Shown piece by piece: positions 10,898 to 21,437 of a stretch of DNA of 64,000 nt. This DNA is from Oscillospiraceae bacterium (lineage in GTDB: Bacteria; Bacillota; Clostridia; Oscillospirales; Ruminococcaceae). The stretch spans positions 13,411 to 77,410 of the forward strand of contig JAXGPS010000001.1 of the NCBI GenBank assembly GCA_040766825.1. Direction: 5' to 3'. Under the pieces are notes generated by a model. That model did no database searches and was not told the DNA's origin. It was given only the letters and a program-made list of their open reading frames with translations. The position numbers were made by a program, and so were the translations under genes. Each line of letters opens with the position of its first letter. Positions within the stretch are counted from its first letter, which is position 1.

Positions 10898-11347
10898 CTA
10901 ATAGGAACGCATTTTAAGTCTTAGTGGTAAGTAAGCCTCACACTCGCCGATTTCGCCGACTATTGGAAGCGGATCAATTCCCTGTCTTGAATAGTAGTCG
11001 GAAAGTGCCGATTTAATTGCCTGTTCTGCAAGAACTGAACAGTGAAGCTTTACAGCTGGAAGTCCGTCAAGCGCCTCAACAACAGCTTTGTTTGTAAGCT
11101 TTAGAGCCTCCTCGATTGGCTTGCCCTTGATAAGCTCTGTTGCGATTGAAGATGTTGCAACCGCTGCGCCGCAGCCAAATGTCTTAAACTTAACATCGCA
11201 AATAATTCCGTTGTCAACTTTAATGTACATCTTCATAATGTCGCCGCACTTTGCATTTCCTACTTCGCCGATGCCGTCTGCATCAGTAATTTCCCCAACA
11301 TTTCTTGGGTTTGAAAAATGGTCTAAAACCTTTTCACTATATAGCAT
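10898..11347 (-). CDS. nifU: Fe-S cluster assembly scaffold protein NifU/IscU
   Basis: MLYSEKVLDHFSNPRNVGE…GNAKCGDIMKMY…FKTFGCGAAVATSS…LHCSVLAEQAIKSAL. An RBS AGAGAGGA precedes the second ATG. The terminator hairpin overlaps the stop. Confidence 0.85.
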   Translation of the reverse strand: MLYSEKVLDHFSNPRNVGEITDADGIGEVGNAKCGDIMKMYIKVDNGIICDVKFKTFGCGAAVATSSIATELIKGKPIEEALKLTNKAVVEALDGLPAVKLHCSVLAEQAIKSALSDYYSRQGIDPLPIVGEIGECEAYLPLRLKMRSY

Positions 11348-11414
11348 TTTAATTATCCTCTCTTTCAATAGGTGACTTTAGCCACGTTACTCAACAAACG
11401 GGCATAGGTCGTAA

Positions 11415-12596
11415 TTATATGTTTTCTTTGCACATTCTCTCCCATAGCGGCGACATCGCACGAAGTCTTTCAACTATTGGAGGTAGTTTTTCGAGAATAT
11501 AGTCAACATCTTCATCAGTGCTGTCCTCTGAAAGACTAAGTCTTAGAGAGCCATGAGCAACCTCATGCTTTAGCCCTAATGATAGCAGCACGTGCGATGG
11601 ATCAAGCGAACCTGATGTACAAGCCGAACCACTTGAAGCGCAAATCCCTGCTAAGTCAAGCATTAGCAAGAGTGACTCGCCCTCAATTCCCTCGATTGAA
11701 GTGTTGCAATTTCCGCAAAGACGAAGCTCACGGTCGCCGTTAAGACGAGTTCTCTCCATCTTCAAAATCCCATCAACAAGGCGATTTCGGAGTTTTGTTA
11801 TCCTCTCAACCTTTGCCGGAATATTCTCTGTTGCATCCTCAAGAGCCTTTGCAAGCCCCATTATTCCCGCAACATTTTCAGTACCTGCTCTCTTGCCTCT
11901 CTCCTGCGCTCCCCCATGAATGAGGTTAGGAAGTGCTATTCCTTTCCTACAGTAAAGAATGCCTACTCCCTTTTGAGCGTGGATTTTATGCCCCGAAATT
12001 GACATCATGTCAATTCCTTGCTCCTTAACATTTATCTCCACATTCCCGATAGCTTGCACAGCATCGGTGTGGAAAACAACGCCGTTTTCGTGACAAACCT
12101 TAGCTATTTCCTCAATCGGCTGAATTGTTCCGATTTCGTTGTTTGCGTACATAATCGTAACAAGTGCGGTGTCAGGTCGAATTGCGTTCTTCACGTCCTC
12201 GACACTAACAATTCCCTTTTCGCTTACAGGAAGATATGTTATCTCGAAGCCTTTCTTTGCAAGGTCCTCACAAACATGAAGAACCGCATGATGCTCAAAA
12301 ACAGTAGTGATTACGTGCTTTTTGCCCTTTGAAGAAAGACTTTGTGCTACTCCCTTAATCGCCCAGTTGTCAGCCTCTGAGCCGCCGCTTGTGAAATATA
12401 TTTCGCTAGGCTCACATCCGATAACCTTTGCACAACGCTCCCTTGCTGTTTCAAGCGCACGTTTAGCATTTCTGCCCATAGAATATATGCTTGAAGCATT
12501 ACCATATTGTTCTGTAAAATACGGCATCATTTCTTCAAGAACACTATTAGAAACTTTAGTAGTTGCCGCATTGTCAGCGTATATAAACTTGTCCAT
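11415..12596 (-). CDS. nifS: cysteine desulfurase NifS
   Basis: An intact 393-aa ORF. It contains …[12 protein letters not shown]… (PLP-binding Lys) and …[17 protein letters not shown]… (active-site Cys). Confidence 0.9.
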   Translation of the reverse strand: MDKFIYADNAATTKVSNSVLEEMMPYFTEQYGNASSIYSMGRNAKRALETARERCAKVIGCEPSEIYFTSGGSEADNWAIKGVAQSLSSKGKKHVITTVFEHHAVLHVCEDLAKKGFEITYLPVSEKGIVSVEDVKNAIRPDTALVTIMYANNEIGTIQPIEEIAKVCHENGVVFHTDAVQAIGNVEINVKEQGIDMMSISGHKIHAQKGVGILYCRKGIALPNLIHGGAQERGKRAGTENVAGIMGLAKALEDATENIPAKVERITKLRNRLVDGILKMERTRLNGDRELRLCGNCNTSIEGIEGESLLLMLDLAGICASSGSACTSGSLDPSHVLLSLGLKHEVAHGSLRLSLSEDSTDEDVDYILEKLPPIVERLRAMSPLWERMCKENI

Positions 12597-12825
12597 CTCT
12601 TTATGACCAGCCCTTTCTGATTTTCGGGACAGCTTTAAAATGCCGAAATTTCACCATCAAAGCGCCTTTTTGTATTTAAGTATATTATTACCTTTTACGC
12701 AGTATTTATCCTGCTGATTTATTATATACCTTTTTAGTGTAAATTGCAATACCTCATATAAAAAATTATAATATTATCTAAAAAACTTTCAATTCTTTTC
12801 ACTTATTCTAATTTTCTCTCAAAAA

Positions 12826-12862
12826 AGCGTTTACCCAAGAATTTTAGGTAAACGCTTTTTTA
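12826..12862. terminator. bidirectional intrinsic terminator (rnhA 3' end)
   Basis: A 10-bp perfect stem agcgtttacc…ggtaaacgct, flanked by an A6 run and a T6 run. Confidence 0.6.
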
Positions 12863-12908
12863 TCTTAAATTTTGTTTGTTACGGCAAGAAAAAAGCAAAC
12901 GCCCGACT

Positions 12909-13354
12909 TTAATTTGAATTAATATCCCTTTGTATAACTGCAAGCTCATCACAACGCTCATTTTCAGGGTGACCTGCGTGACCCTTAACCCAATTAAATG
13001 TGACATTATGCGTATCTAAAAGATTAAGTAAAATCTCCCACAAGTCTGAGTTCAGCGCCGGCTTTTTGTCGGCTTTTTTCCAGCCGTTTTTCTTCCAAGA
13101 CCTTGCCCAGCCTTTTTCCACGCTGTCAACTACATACTTGCTGTCGGTAGTCAATATAACATCGCAAGGATACTTTAGCACCGAAAGTGCCGAAATAACA
13201 CCCATAAGTTCCATTCTATTGTTGGTTGTATGAGCCTCTCCACCTGAAAGCTCCTTGATGTGTGAGCCAAGTCTTAGTATCGCTCCCCATCCACCGGTCC
13301 GGGGTTGCCTGAACACGCTCCATCGGTGAAAATTTCTACGGTTTGTTTGGACAT
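12909..13354 (-). CDS. rnhA: ribonuclease HI (one frameshift near 13315)
   Basis: The N-terminus [20 protein letters not shown]| is in one frame and GGWGAIL…HTTNNRMEL…TDSKYV…WKKNGWK… is in another. The active-site residues D, E and D are present. Confidence 0.8.
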
Positions 13355-13373
13355 ATCTTTTCCTTTCGTGTTG

Positions 13374-15659
13374 CTATAATGAGTACGATTTTCCTGCTTC
13401 TGTTTCAAATTCTAATATATCATCGCCTGTTTTCACACGGCATATTCCACCGTTTTTAGAGAGGATTTCAATCCTTTCAATCTCGCCGTCTGACCATTCG
13501 CAGGATACTTCAAACCCGCCTCTTGCACAAAGTCCGCTAAAGCTGCCGTGACCTTTCCATGCAAACGGAAGTGATGGCAGAATATGAATATACCCCTCGT
13601 GACTTTGAATAAGCATTTCAGCAATTCCGGCAGTACCGCCGAAGTTGCCGTCAATTTGGAATGGCGGATGTACGTCCCAAAGATTAGGGAAAGTGCTTCC
13701 TGAAATAAGTCCGTTTAGCAGCTTATACGCACGATTACCGTCACCGGTTCTTGCCCATAAATTCAGCTTATACGCCCTTGCCCAACCCGTTGACTCGTCA
13801 CCACGCTCATTAAGTGTAACAACTGCTGCACGGAGAAGCTCAGGTGTGCTTTGTGAGATTGCCTTGCCCGGATAAAGCCCTAGCAGGTGCGATATATGTC
13901 TGTGGTTCGGCTGAATTTCGGAGGTGTCAAACCCGTCCGTATCCTCCTCAAACCATTCTTTTAGCTGCCCCCTTATTCCAACGTGGTAAGGGTTTAGCTT
14001 CGGCTTTATTTCCTCTGCTTTTTCACGAAGTTCCTCGTCAAGTTCAAGCACCTTTGATGCTTCGATGAAATCGGAAAGGAACTGCTGAATTAGCGATTGC
14101 TCGTAAGTGTTTCCTATTGTAACCGGGCCATGTTCCGGCGAGTAAGAAGGTGATGAAACCATTCTATCCTGCTTTTGATCATAAATCAGCCACTGAAGAT
14201 AGAACCTTGCACTCTCACGCATTATCGGATAAATCTTCTCTCCTAAGAGCTCCTTATCCCCTGTGAACTCATAATATTCCCATATATTCTGGCATAGCCA
14301 AGCAACTGCTGCGCACGACCAGCCCCAATAAAAATCCCAACCCGGACAAGTCCAGCCAAAAGGCGTGCTTTGTGTATGCGCAATCCAACCATTTTCGGGA
14401 TTTTCTTCGTCACTTACGATGTTGAAGTACTCAGCAGCAGTAACTCTGCCCGGCGCCCTAAGGCTTTCCATATAGTCAATCAACGGAATTGCCGTCTGCG
14501 CAAGATTTGTCACATATGCCGGCCAATAGTTCATTTGAAGATTTACGTTTATGTGGTAATCTGAACTCCACGGAGGCGTGTTGGTATTGTTCCAAACTCC
14601 CTGCAAGTTCGCCGGTAAAGTATCCCCACGTGATGAAGATATGAGCAAGTACCTGCCGTAATTGAAATACATTTCCTCAAGCAAAAGTTTTTCATTCTTA
14701 TCTGCTTCGTCGGATTTGTATTTTTCAAGCAAAACGTCGGTAGGTATTTCAATAATTTCTGCGCCAAGGTCGATACTCGCCCTGTCGATTAATCGAACAA
14801 AATCAGCCTGATGCTCAAGCCACACTGCGCCGTATCTGGTTTCCTCTGCTGCTGAAATTCTGTCATAAACAATATCTGATGGACGTTTTCCGCTCCTATA
14901 ATTCGGATAAACATTAGCATAATCCGTTGCAGCACAGATGTATATAATTGTTTTAGTTGCATTTTTTACTCCAACCGGATTTATAGTAAGCTCCCCATCG
15001 GTATGAAGTTTAACTGTCATGTAATACTCTAGCCCATTGTCAGCAAGTTTTCCGAACATGGCGAATTCGCCCTCAGTATTTAGGAATTCTGCCCCCTCCG
15101 GCGCATTATCCATAGAAACTGAAAAACTGTGAGTTCCACCTTCGGTTATAAATTTAGATGCAATAATCGCTGACGGATGACTCGCAAAATACTCACGTCT
15201 GTGGTATTCCCCGCCGTTCTTAAAGCAAACAGATGCAGAGCCGTTTGCAAGATTAAGCTTGCGTTTATAGTCAACTGTTTCGTCAATTCCATCGAAAGTG
15301 AAATACATATTGCCAAGCGTTTGGAACGCTCCATATCCATCGCCGCCACCCGTAAGAGCCGAAAGAAGTTCCTTCACCTTATCCTTCTCGCCGTTAGCAA
15401 GTGCTTCTTGCACGGCTTTAGTTGACTTATAGCTTTGTTCGTTCCTGTTGCCGCCACGATAATCAGGGCGCAGCTCAGACGGCCCACCCGTCCAAAACGT
15501 TTTTTCGGTCAATGTGAGCTTTTCCCTGTGTTTGTTTTCGTATATAGCGCCTCCAAAAATAGACGCTCCCATATAGCTGTTTCCTATGGGTAGAGATTTA
15601 CTCTCCCACTCGTCGTCCTTTGCGGGAGTAGAGTACCATAACACAAGTTCTTTAGGCAT
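13374..15659 (-). CDS. glycoside hydrolase family 95 (alpha-L-fucosidase-type)
   Basis: An intact 761-aa ORF. The GH95 N-terminus is LWYSTPAKDDEWESKSLPIGNSYMGASIFGG…TFWTGGP, and the C-terminus has the typical six-hairpin (alpha/alpha)6 region. Confidence 0.8.
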   Translation of the reverse strand: MPKELVLWYSTPAKDDEWESKSLPIGNSYMGASIFGGAIYENKHREKLTLTEKTFWTGGPSELRPDYRGGNRNEQSYKSTKAVQEALANGEKDKVKELLSALTGGGDGYGAFQTLGNMYFTFDGIDETVDYKRKLNLANGSASVCFKNGGEYHRREYFASHPSAIIASKFITEGGTHSFSVSMDNAPEGAEFLNTEGEFAMFGKLADNGLEYYMTVKLHTDGELTINPVGVKNATKTIIYICAATDYANVYPNYRSGKRPSDIVYDRISAAEETRYGAVWLEHQADFVRLIDRASIDLGAEIIEIPTDVLLEKYKSDEADKNEKLLLEEMYFNYGRYLLISSSRGDTLPANLQGVWNNTNTPPWSSDYHINVNLQMNYWPAYVTNLAQTAIPLIDYMESLRAPGRVTAAEYFNIVSDEENPENGWIAHTQSTPFGWTCPGWDFYWGWSCAAVAWLCQNIWEYYEFTGDKELLGEKIYPIMRESARFYLQWLIYDQKQDRMVSSPSYSPEHGPVTIGNTYEQSLIQQFLSDFIEASKVLELDEELREKAEEIKPKLNPYHVGIRGQLKEWFEEDTDGFDTSEIQPNHRHISHLLGLYPGKAISQSTPELLRAAVVTLNERGDESTGWARAYKLNLWARTGDGNRAYKLLNGLISGSTFPNLWDVHPPFQIDGNFGGTAGIAEMLIQSHEGYIHILPSLPFAWKGHGSFSGLCARGGFEVSCEWSDGEIERIEILSKNGGICRVKTGDDILEFETEAGKSYSL

Positions 15660-15835
15660 ACAGCGCCTCCTTAAAATATGAGTTTGCTATTGTTCACTAT
15701 ATTTTATACCAAAGTTGCCATTTTTGCAAGCTTTTTAACTGTTTTCTTGTCGTTTTGAAATCTTTTTAACTTATTATCAACAATTTATTTTTTATATAGC
15801 TAAAAAGTACAACGCAAACTAAAGCCCACGAAAAA

Positions 15836-15870
15836 GGCTTATGCAAACCATTGATAGTTTGCATAAGCCT
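15836..15870. terminator. intrinsic terminator of serA (minus strand)
   Basis: A 12-13-bp perfect inverted repeat ggcttatgcaaac…gtttgcataagcc with an adjacent A5 run (a T-run on the minus strand). Confidence 0.65.
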
Positions 15871-15888
15871 TTTAGTTTTCATTTGAAG

Positions 15889-17049
15889 TTAAAGAATAAC
15901 TCTAACCTTAATAACATCTGCAATTGCAGAAAGCTTTGCAACAACGTCAGTTGTAACATCGCCAATTGCATCAATTAATGTGTAAGCAAAATCCTTCTTG
16001 GATTTGTTAAGCATATTTTCAATGTTAAGTCCAGCTTCAGCGCAAGTTGTTGAAATCTGTGAGATTACAGCAGGAACGTTCTTGTGGATAATACAAATCT
16101 TTGTTCCGCTTGCTACCATTTCAGCATCAGGAAGATTAACAGAATTCTTAATGTTTCCGTTTTCGATGTAGTCGATAAGCTCATTAGCAGCCATAACTGC
16201 ACAGTTATCTTCTGATTCTGGAGAAGATGCGCCAAGGTGAGGAATAGCAACTACTCCGTCAACTCCAAGAACTGCATCTGTTGGGAAGTCTGTTACATAA
16301 CAAGCAACCTTGCCGCTAGCTAGAGCTTCAATAATGTCCTCGTCCTTAACAAGTTCAGCTCTTGCAAAGTTAAGAATACGAACATCGTCCTTCATTAGAG
16401 CGATTGTGCTTTTGTTAATCATGTGCTTTGTTTCAGCATTGCATGGAACGTGGATTGTGATGTAGTCACATTCTTCAAAGATTTCCTTTGTGGATTTGCA
16501 ATTCTTAACGCCTGGTGTGAGGTTAAGTGCTGCGTTTACTGAAAGGAATGGGTCAAAGCCGTAAACCTTCATACCAAGCGCTGCTGCTGCATTAGCTGTC
16601 ATAACGCCGATTGCGCCAAGACCGATAACGCCAAGCTTCTTGCCCATGATTTCTGGTCCTACAAACTGTCCCTTGCCTTTTTCAACAAGCTTTCCAACAG
16701 CGTCGCCCTCGCCCTTTAGTCCTTGTGCCCACTGCATAGCAGCCGGAACTTTTCTTGATGAAAGAAGAAGTCCTGCAATTACAAGTTCCTTAACAGCGTT
16801 TGCGTTTGCGCCCGGTGTGTTGAATACACAAATTCCCTGTTCAGCGCACTTTTCAACTGGAATGTTGTTTACGCCAGCACCTGCTCTTGCAATAGCAAGA
16901 AGGTTTGAGCCGAATTCCATATCGTGCATTGATGCAGAACGCACCATTATTGCGTCTGGATTTTCGTGTTCGTCAACAATTGTGTACTTTGCATCAAAAT
17001 TATCTGTGCCGATTTTTGCAATCTTATTTAATGTTTGAATTGTATACAT
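15889..17049 (-). CDS. serA: D-3-phosphoglycerate dehydrogenase
   Basis: An intact 386-aa ORF. It has the NAD-binding motif GVIGLGAIG, a catalytic HxxxxxE/R/H region and a C-terminal ACT-like domain. Confidence 0.9.
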   Translation of the reverse strand: MYTIQTLNKIAKIGTDNFDAKYTIVDEHENPDAIMVRSASMHDMEFGSNLLAIARAGAGVNNIPVEKCAEQGICVFNTPGANANAVKELVIAGLLLSSRKVPAAMQWAQGLKGEGDAVGKLVEKGKGQFVGPEIMGKKLGVIGLGAIGVMTANAAAALGMKVYGFDPFLSVNAALNLTPGVKNCKSTKEIFEECDYITIHVPCNAETKHMINKSTIALMKDDVRILNFARAELVKDEDIIEALASGKVACYVTDFPTDAVLGVDGVVAIPHLGASSPESEDNCAVMAANELIDYIENGNIKNSVNLPDAEMVASGTKICIIHKNVPAVISQISTTCAEAGLNIENMLNKSKKDFAYTLIDAIGDVTTDVVAKLSAIADVIKVRVIL

Positions 17050-17097
17050 TAAAGTTCCTCCTAGAATAGTATTTTAGTTTAATATGAGCAAAAGAAA

Positions 17098-18178
17098 TTA
17101 AGCGTTTTCAGCTTCAAACTTCTTCATGAATTCTACAAGCTTTTCTACGCCCTCGATTGGCATTGCGTTGTAGATAGATGCTCTCATACCGCCAACTGAA
17201 CGGTGTCCCTTAAGGTTTTCAAAACCAGCAGCCTTTGCTTCCTTAACGAACTTAGCATCAAGCTCATCGTTTCCTGTTACGAAAGGTACGTTCATAAGTG
17301 AACGGTCTTCCTTAACAACTGTGCCCTTGAACATATTTGAGGAATCAAGGAAGTTGTAGAGAACAGCAGCCTTCTTTTCGTTGTAAGCCTTCATAGCCTC
17401 AAGTCCGCCCATCTTCTTGATCCACTTGAATACCTTGCCGCAAATGTAAATACCATATGCAGGAGGTGTGTTATACATAGAACCGTTGTCGCTGTGTGTC
17501 TTATACTTAAGCATTGTTGGTGTGCCAGGAAGTGTGTCATCAGTGATAAGGTCTTCCCTAACGATTGCAATAACTACACCAGCAGGGCCGATATTCTTCT
17601 GAACACCGCCGTATACGATTGCGTACTTAGAAACATCAATTGGCTCAGAAAGGAAGCATGACGAAACGTCAGCAACAAGATCCTTGCCCTTTGTGTTAGG
17701 AAGTTCATTGAACTTTGTACCGTAAATTGTGTTGTTTTGACAGATGTAAACATAGTCTGCATCTTCGCTGATTGAAGATCAGAACAATCAGGTATGTATG
17801 AGAAAGTCTTGTCAGCACTTGATGCAATTGCATTAGCCTTTCCGTAAAGCTGTGCTTCTGCGTAAGCTTTCTTTGCCCACATACCAGTAATGATGTAGTC
17901 AGCAACCTTATTCTTCATAAGATTCAGTGAATCATTTCAAATTGCTGTGAAGCGCCGCCCTGAAGGAAAAGAACCTTGTAGTTTTCAGTGATATTCATAA
18001 GCTCTCTAAGATCCTGTTCAGCTGCATTGATGATTTCCTCATATGCTTTTGAACGGTGTGACATTTCCATAACGGACATTCCTGTGCCTTTGTAATCAAG
18101 CATTTCTGCTGCTGCCTCATTAAGTACTTCCTCTGGGAGTACTGCAGGACCTGCACTAAAATTATAAACTCTGCTCAT
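17098..18178 (-). pseudogene. serC: phosphoserine aminotransferase SerC, at least 3 frameshifts
   Basis: The N-terminus [19 protein letters not shown], the middle …KAYAEAQLYGK…, and the C-terminus …FKGHRSVGGMRASIYNAMP… are in three frames. Confidence 0.85.
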
Positions 18179-18486
18179 TATAATAATTCCTCCAAATTGA
18201 AATAAAAGATACTTTATATTATACCAACTTTAAATCTACAAGTCAATTGATTTTAAACTTTGTTTGCCGATTTTTTAACAATGTTTTTGTGTATTTTCTC
18301 TAAAAGTGTAAAATTCAATATTTTTATGAAGCATTCTAAATCTTTAGAAAGTATAAAGACTTAAAGAATTCTTAAATATTTGTTAAATACTATTGTCAAT
18401 GAAATATTTTTATGCTAGTGTAGTAGTATGTTAAATTTTAAAATATAAAAAGCATCTCAACGCTACTTAAAAAGGGGAACAACACC

Positions 18487-19188
18487 ATGTTATCAGTATT
18501 TGAAGTAACAAAAAAATACGGCAAACTAATAGCTAATGACAATATCACATTCAAAGTTAATGACGGTCAAATTGCTGTCTTAATGGGTCCTAATGGCGCC
18601 GGTAAGTCTACTATTATTAAATGCATATGCGGACTTCTTCGATTTAATGGTTCAATTGGAATAAATAATATGTCCAACAAGTCCATTGAGGCTAAAGCTC
18701 TTATGGGATATATTCCGGAAGTTCCTGCGATTTACGAGCTTTTAACTGTTCAAGAACATCTTGAATTTATGCGTAGAGCTTATAAGCTTGAACCTAACAG
18801 CGAATTAGAACAAAAAATTCTTGAACGTTTTGAACTTTGGGACAAGAAAGACAAACTCGGCAAGGAGCTTTCAAAGGGTATGAAGCAAAAGCTATCTATC
18901 TGCTGCGCTCTTGTACATGAGCCTAAAGTTATAATTTTTGATGAACCTATGATAGGGCTTGATCCTCATGCTATTAAGGAACTTAAGACTGTGTTTGCAG
19001 AACTTCGTGAGCAAGGCTGTTCTGTTCTTATCAGCACCCATATGATTGACAGCGTTGAAAACTGCTGGGATATTGCTCATATTATGATGAACGGCAAATT
19101 CGCTGCTACAATGGAGAATAACTCCACCGATACTGACGGTAAATCACTGGAAGATCTCTTCTTTGAAATCACTGAGGGAAGGGGCTAA
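18487..19188 (+). CDS. ABC transporter ATP-binding protein
   Basis: An intact 233-aa ORF with Walker A GPNGAGKST, signature LSKGMKQKLSI and Walker B IIFDEP. Confidence 0.9.
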   Translation: MLSVFEVTKKYGKLIANDNITFKVNDGQIAVLMGPNGAGKSTIIKCICGLLRFNGSIGINNMSNKSIEAKALMGYIPEVPAIYELLTVQEHLEFMRRAYKLEPNSELEQKILERFELWDKKDKLGKELSKGMKQKLSICCALVHEPKVIIFDEPMIGLDPHAIKELKTVFAELREQGCSVLISTHMIDSVENCWDIAHIMMNGKFAATMENNSTDTDGKSLEDLFFEITEGRG

Positions 19189-19193
19189 GCTAA

Positions 19194-20802
19194 ATGGGAG
19201 CAATTATTTATCTAACCCTTACTCAACTCAAAAATAGACTTTTGGGTATGTTTAGAACCAAAAGAGGCATCATTCTCTTCGTTTGCCTGATTTTATTTAT
19301 TGCATTTATGGTATTCGCCTCTGTCACGGCTACTCAAGTTGACGTTGATCCTTCTGTGGCTTTGGATGATGTGGAAGATTTTCGTTTTCCTGCAACCTCA
19401 GTTCTAACCTTTTCTCATGGGCTAATGCTGTTGACTTTTCTGGCAACTGTGTTTTCCGGGTTTGTTTCAGGCGGCTCAATGTTTTCAATGCAGGAAGTGA
19501 ACTTGATGTTCACCTCCCCTATTCGTTCTAACACCGTGCTTTTTTACGGAATTATAAGGCAGCTTGGCGTTTCTGCTCTTGCTGGTGTTTACTTCGCTTT
19601 CCAAATTCCTAATCTTATAAGCATCTCCGATTTAAGCCTGTTCTCTATGATATTTCTAATTTTCGGTTATATATTAACGCTTTTAGCAAGCTCTTTGTTA
19701 GGTATGCTTATATATTTGGCTATTGATGGAGAGGAAAAACGACGTTTTATAGCAAAATTTATTTTCGGCGCTTATATTGTTGCTATTATTGCAATCCTCG
19801 GCTTCAAAGCACTTAATAGTGCTGAAATGCTGCCGACATTATTAGCTTCCGGCTCATCAGATGTTATGCTTTTCTTACCTTTCACGGGCTGGGTAACGGC
19901 TGGTGTTCTAGGTATTCACACCGGCAATATTCTAATGGCTGCGCTTGGATTTGGTGCTTGTTTAGTCGCTGTTGTGGGGCTAGCTATTGCAACATACAAC
20001 ATTCATAGCGACTACTACGAGGACGTTATGGCTACTGCCGAAATTAAATTCACTGTTGCTACTGCTGTTAATCAAGGCGCAATGGTAGAGGCAACTCCTA
20101 AAAAGGTTAAGGTTGGGGAAACCGGACTCGGCAAAGGGTTTGGTGCAAACTCAATTTTCTATAAAATCAACTTGGAAAACAGACGTGCAAAAACTCAAAT
20201 TCTTTCAACTATGCAAATCATATCTCTCATCATTTCTGCTATTGTTGCTTTTGCCATTTTCAAAGCAGAACCCGATGCAGACTTCGCTGTACTGATGTCG
20301 TTTATGCTTGGAGCGTATATACAAATTTTCGCCGTTTCTGCTGCACGTTGGGCTAGAGAGCTTATGTACCATACCATCTATGATTCCGGACAGTGCTTTT
20401 AAAAAGTTACTCCACTGCATAAGGGAAGCTATTCCATCAGCAATTGCAGAAAGTGTGGCTATGGCAGTAATTCTTGGCGTAATGCTAAAACTTAGCCCTC
20501 TGCTTATGATTGGGATTTTCGTCGCTAAATTCAGTTTCTCGATGCTTATTGTCGGAGCGAACTTATTCTGTGAAAGAGTTTTCGGGTTTATTCATTCCAA
20601 GCTTATCCTTGTTATGTTATACATGATTACAATTTTTGTTTCGGCAATTCCACCACTATTAATTGCGATATTTGCTTCAGCTTTCTTAGAGCTTGAAATG
20701 TATTTTGGGTTGATTATTTTCGGTGCAGTGTCACTGCTTATAACTCTTTTGTACGTATTCATTGCCAGAAATGTTCTTGAGTATCCGGAAATTAATTCGT
20801 AA
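19194..20802 (+). CDS. large polytopic ABC exporter permease (putative ABC-exporter family), one frameshift near 20390
   Basis: A highly hydrophobic protein of about 535 aa with multiple TM segments. It directly follows the ATPase. The C-terminal portion (20308-20802) is in another frame. Confidence 0.6.
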
Positions 20803-20917
20803 TTATTGAAGACAACCACCTGCCTGCATCGTTAATTAAATATAGAAAGAAATTAACAAGAAAGCACTTTACAATATGAAAAGTGCGATGCTGCAAGACA
20901 AAAGGAGGACAACTAAA

Positions 20918-21121
20918 ATGAAATCACACTTCGACAAGCCTATCGCTTTAGGTATGTTCATTGTCGCTGTAACGCTGCTTATGCAACGATTTTTTAACAT
21001 TCCGGACTTCGTTGCCGGACTTCTGTTCGGTCTGTCTCTCACAATATCACTTGTAGGATTTTTCTCCTGCAAGAAAAATAATGAGGAAAAACTGCTCGGA
21101 ACAGGAACTCCAACCGAATAA
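20918..21121 (+). CDS. small two-TM membrane protein (67 aa)
   Basis: MKSHFDKPIALGMFIVAVTLLMQ…LLFGLSLTISLVGFF. A hairpin and T-run follow. Confidence 0.4.
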   Translation: MKSHFDKPIALGMFIVAVTLLMQRFFNIPDFVAGLLFGLSLTISLVGFFSCKKNNEEKLLGTGTPTE

Positions 21122-21342
21122 GAAAAAATGTCGCACTAAAACGGTGCGGCTTTTTTTGTGCGGATGTTCTTTTGCGAAAAATCCTTCCGAATAATTCCGT
21201 CAGTTTAAATTTGAATAATTCAAATTGCCAATTATGCGATTTTGTGATGGAATTATTGAATTTGTTACTAATTTTATGCAAAAATGCAATTTCAATCATC
21301 AATTCTTGCAAAAAACTTATGATTGTTCAAAAAATAACTATT

Positions 21343-21371
21343 GACACATTGCATTTATCAAGGTATAATAA
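21343..21371 (+). promoter_or_regulatory. strong sigma-A promoter for pckG
   Basis: TTGACA, a 17-bp spacer, then TATAAT, about 65 nt upstream of the pckG RBS GGAGGA. Confidence 0.5.
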
Positions 21372-21437
21372 TATTTGTGAGAAGTTTGAAATTTATTTGA
21401 ATTTCATTAAACTTAAAATAATAGGAGGACACCAATA

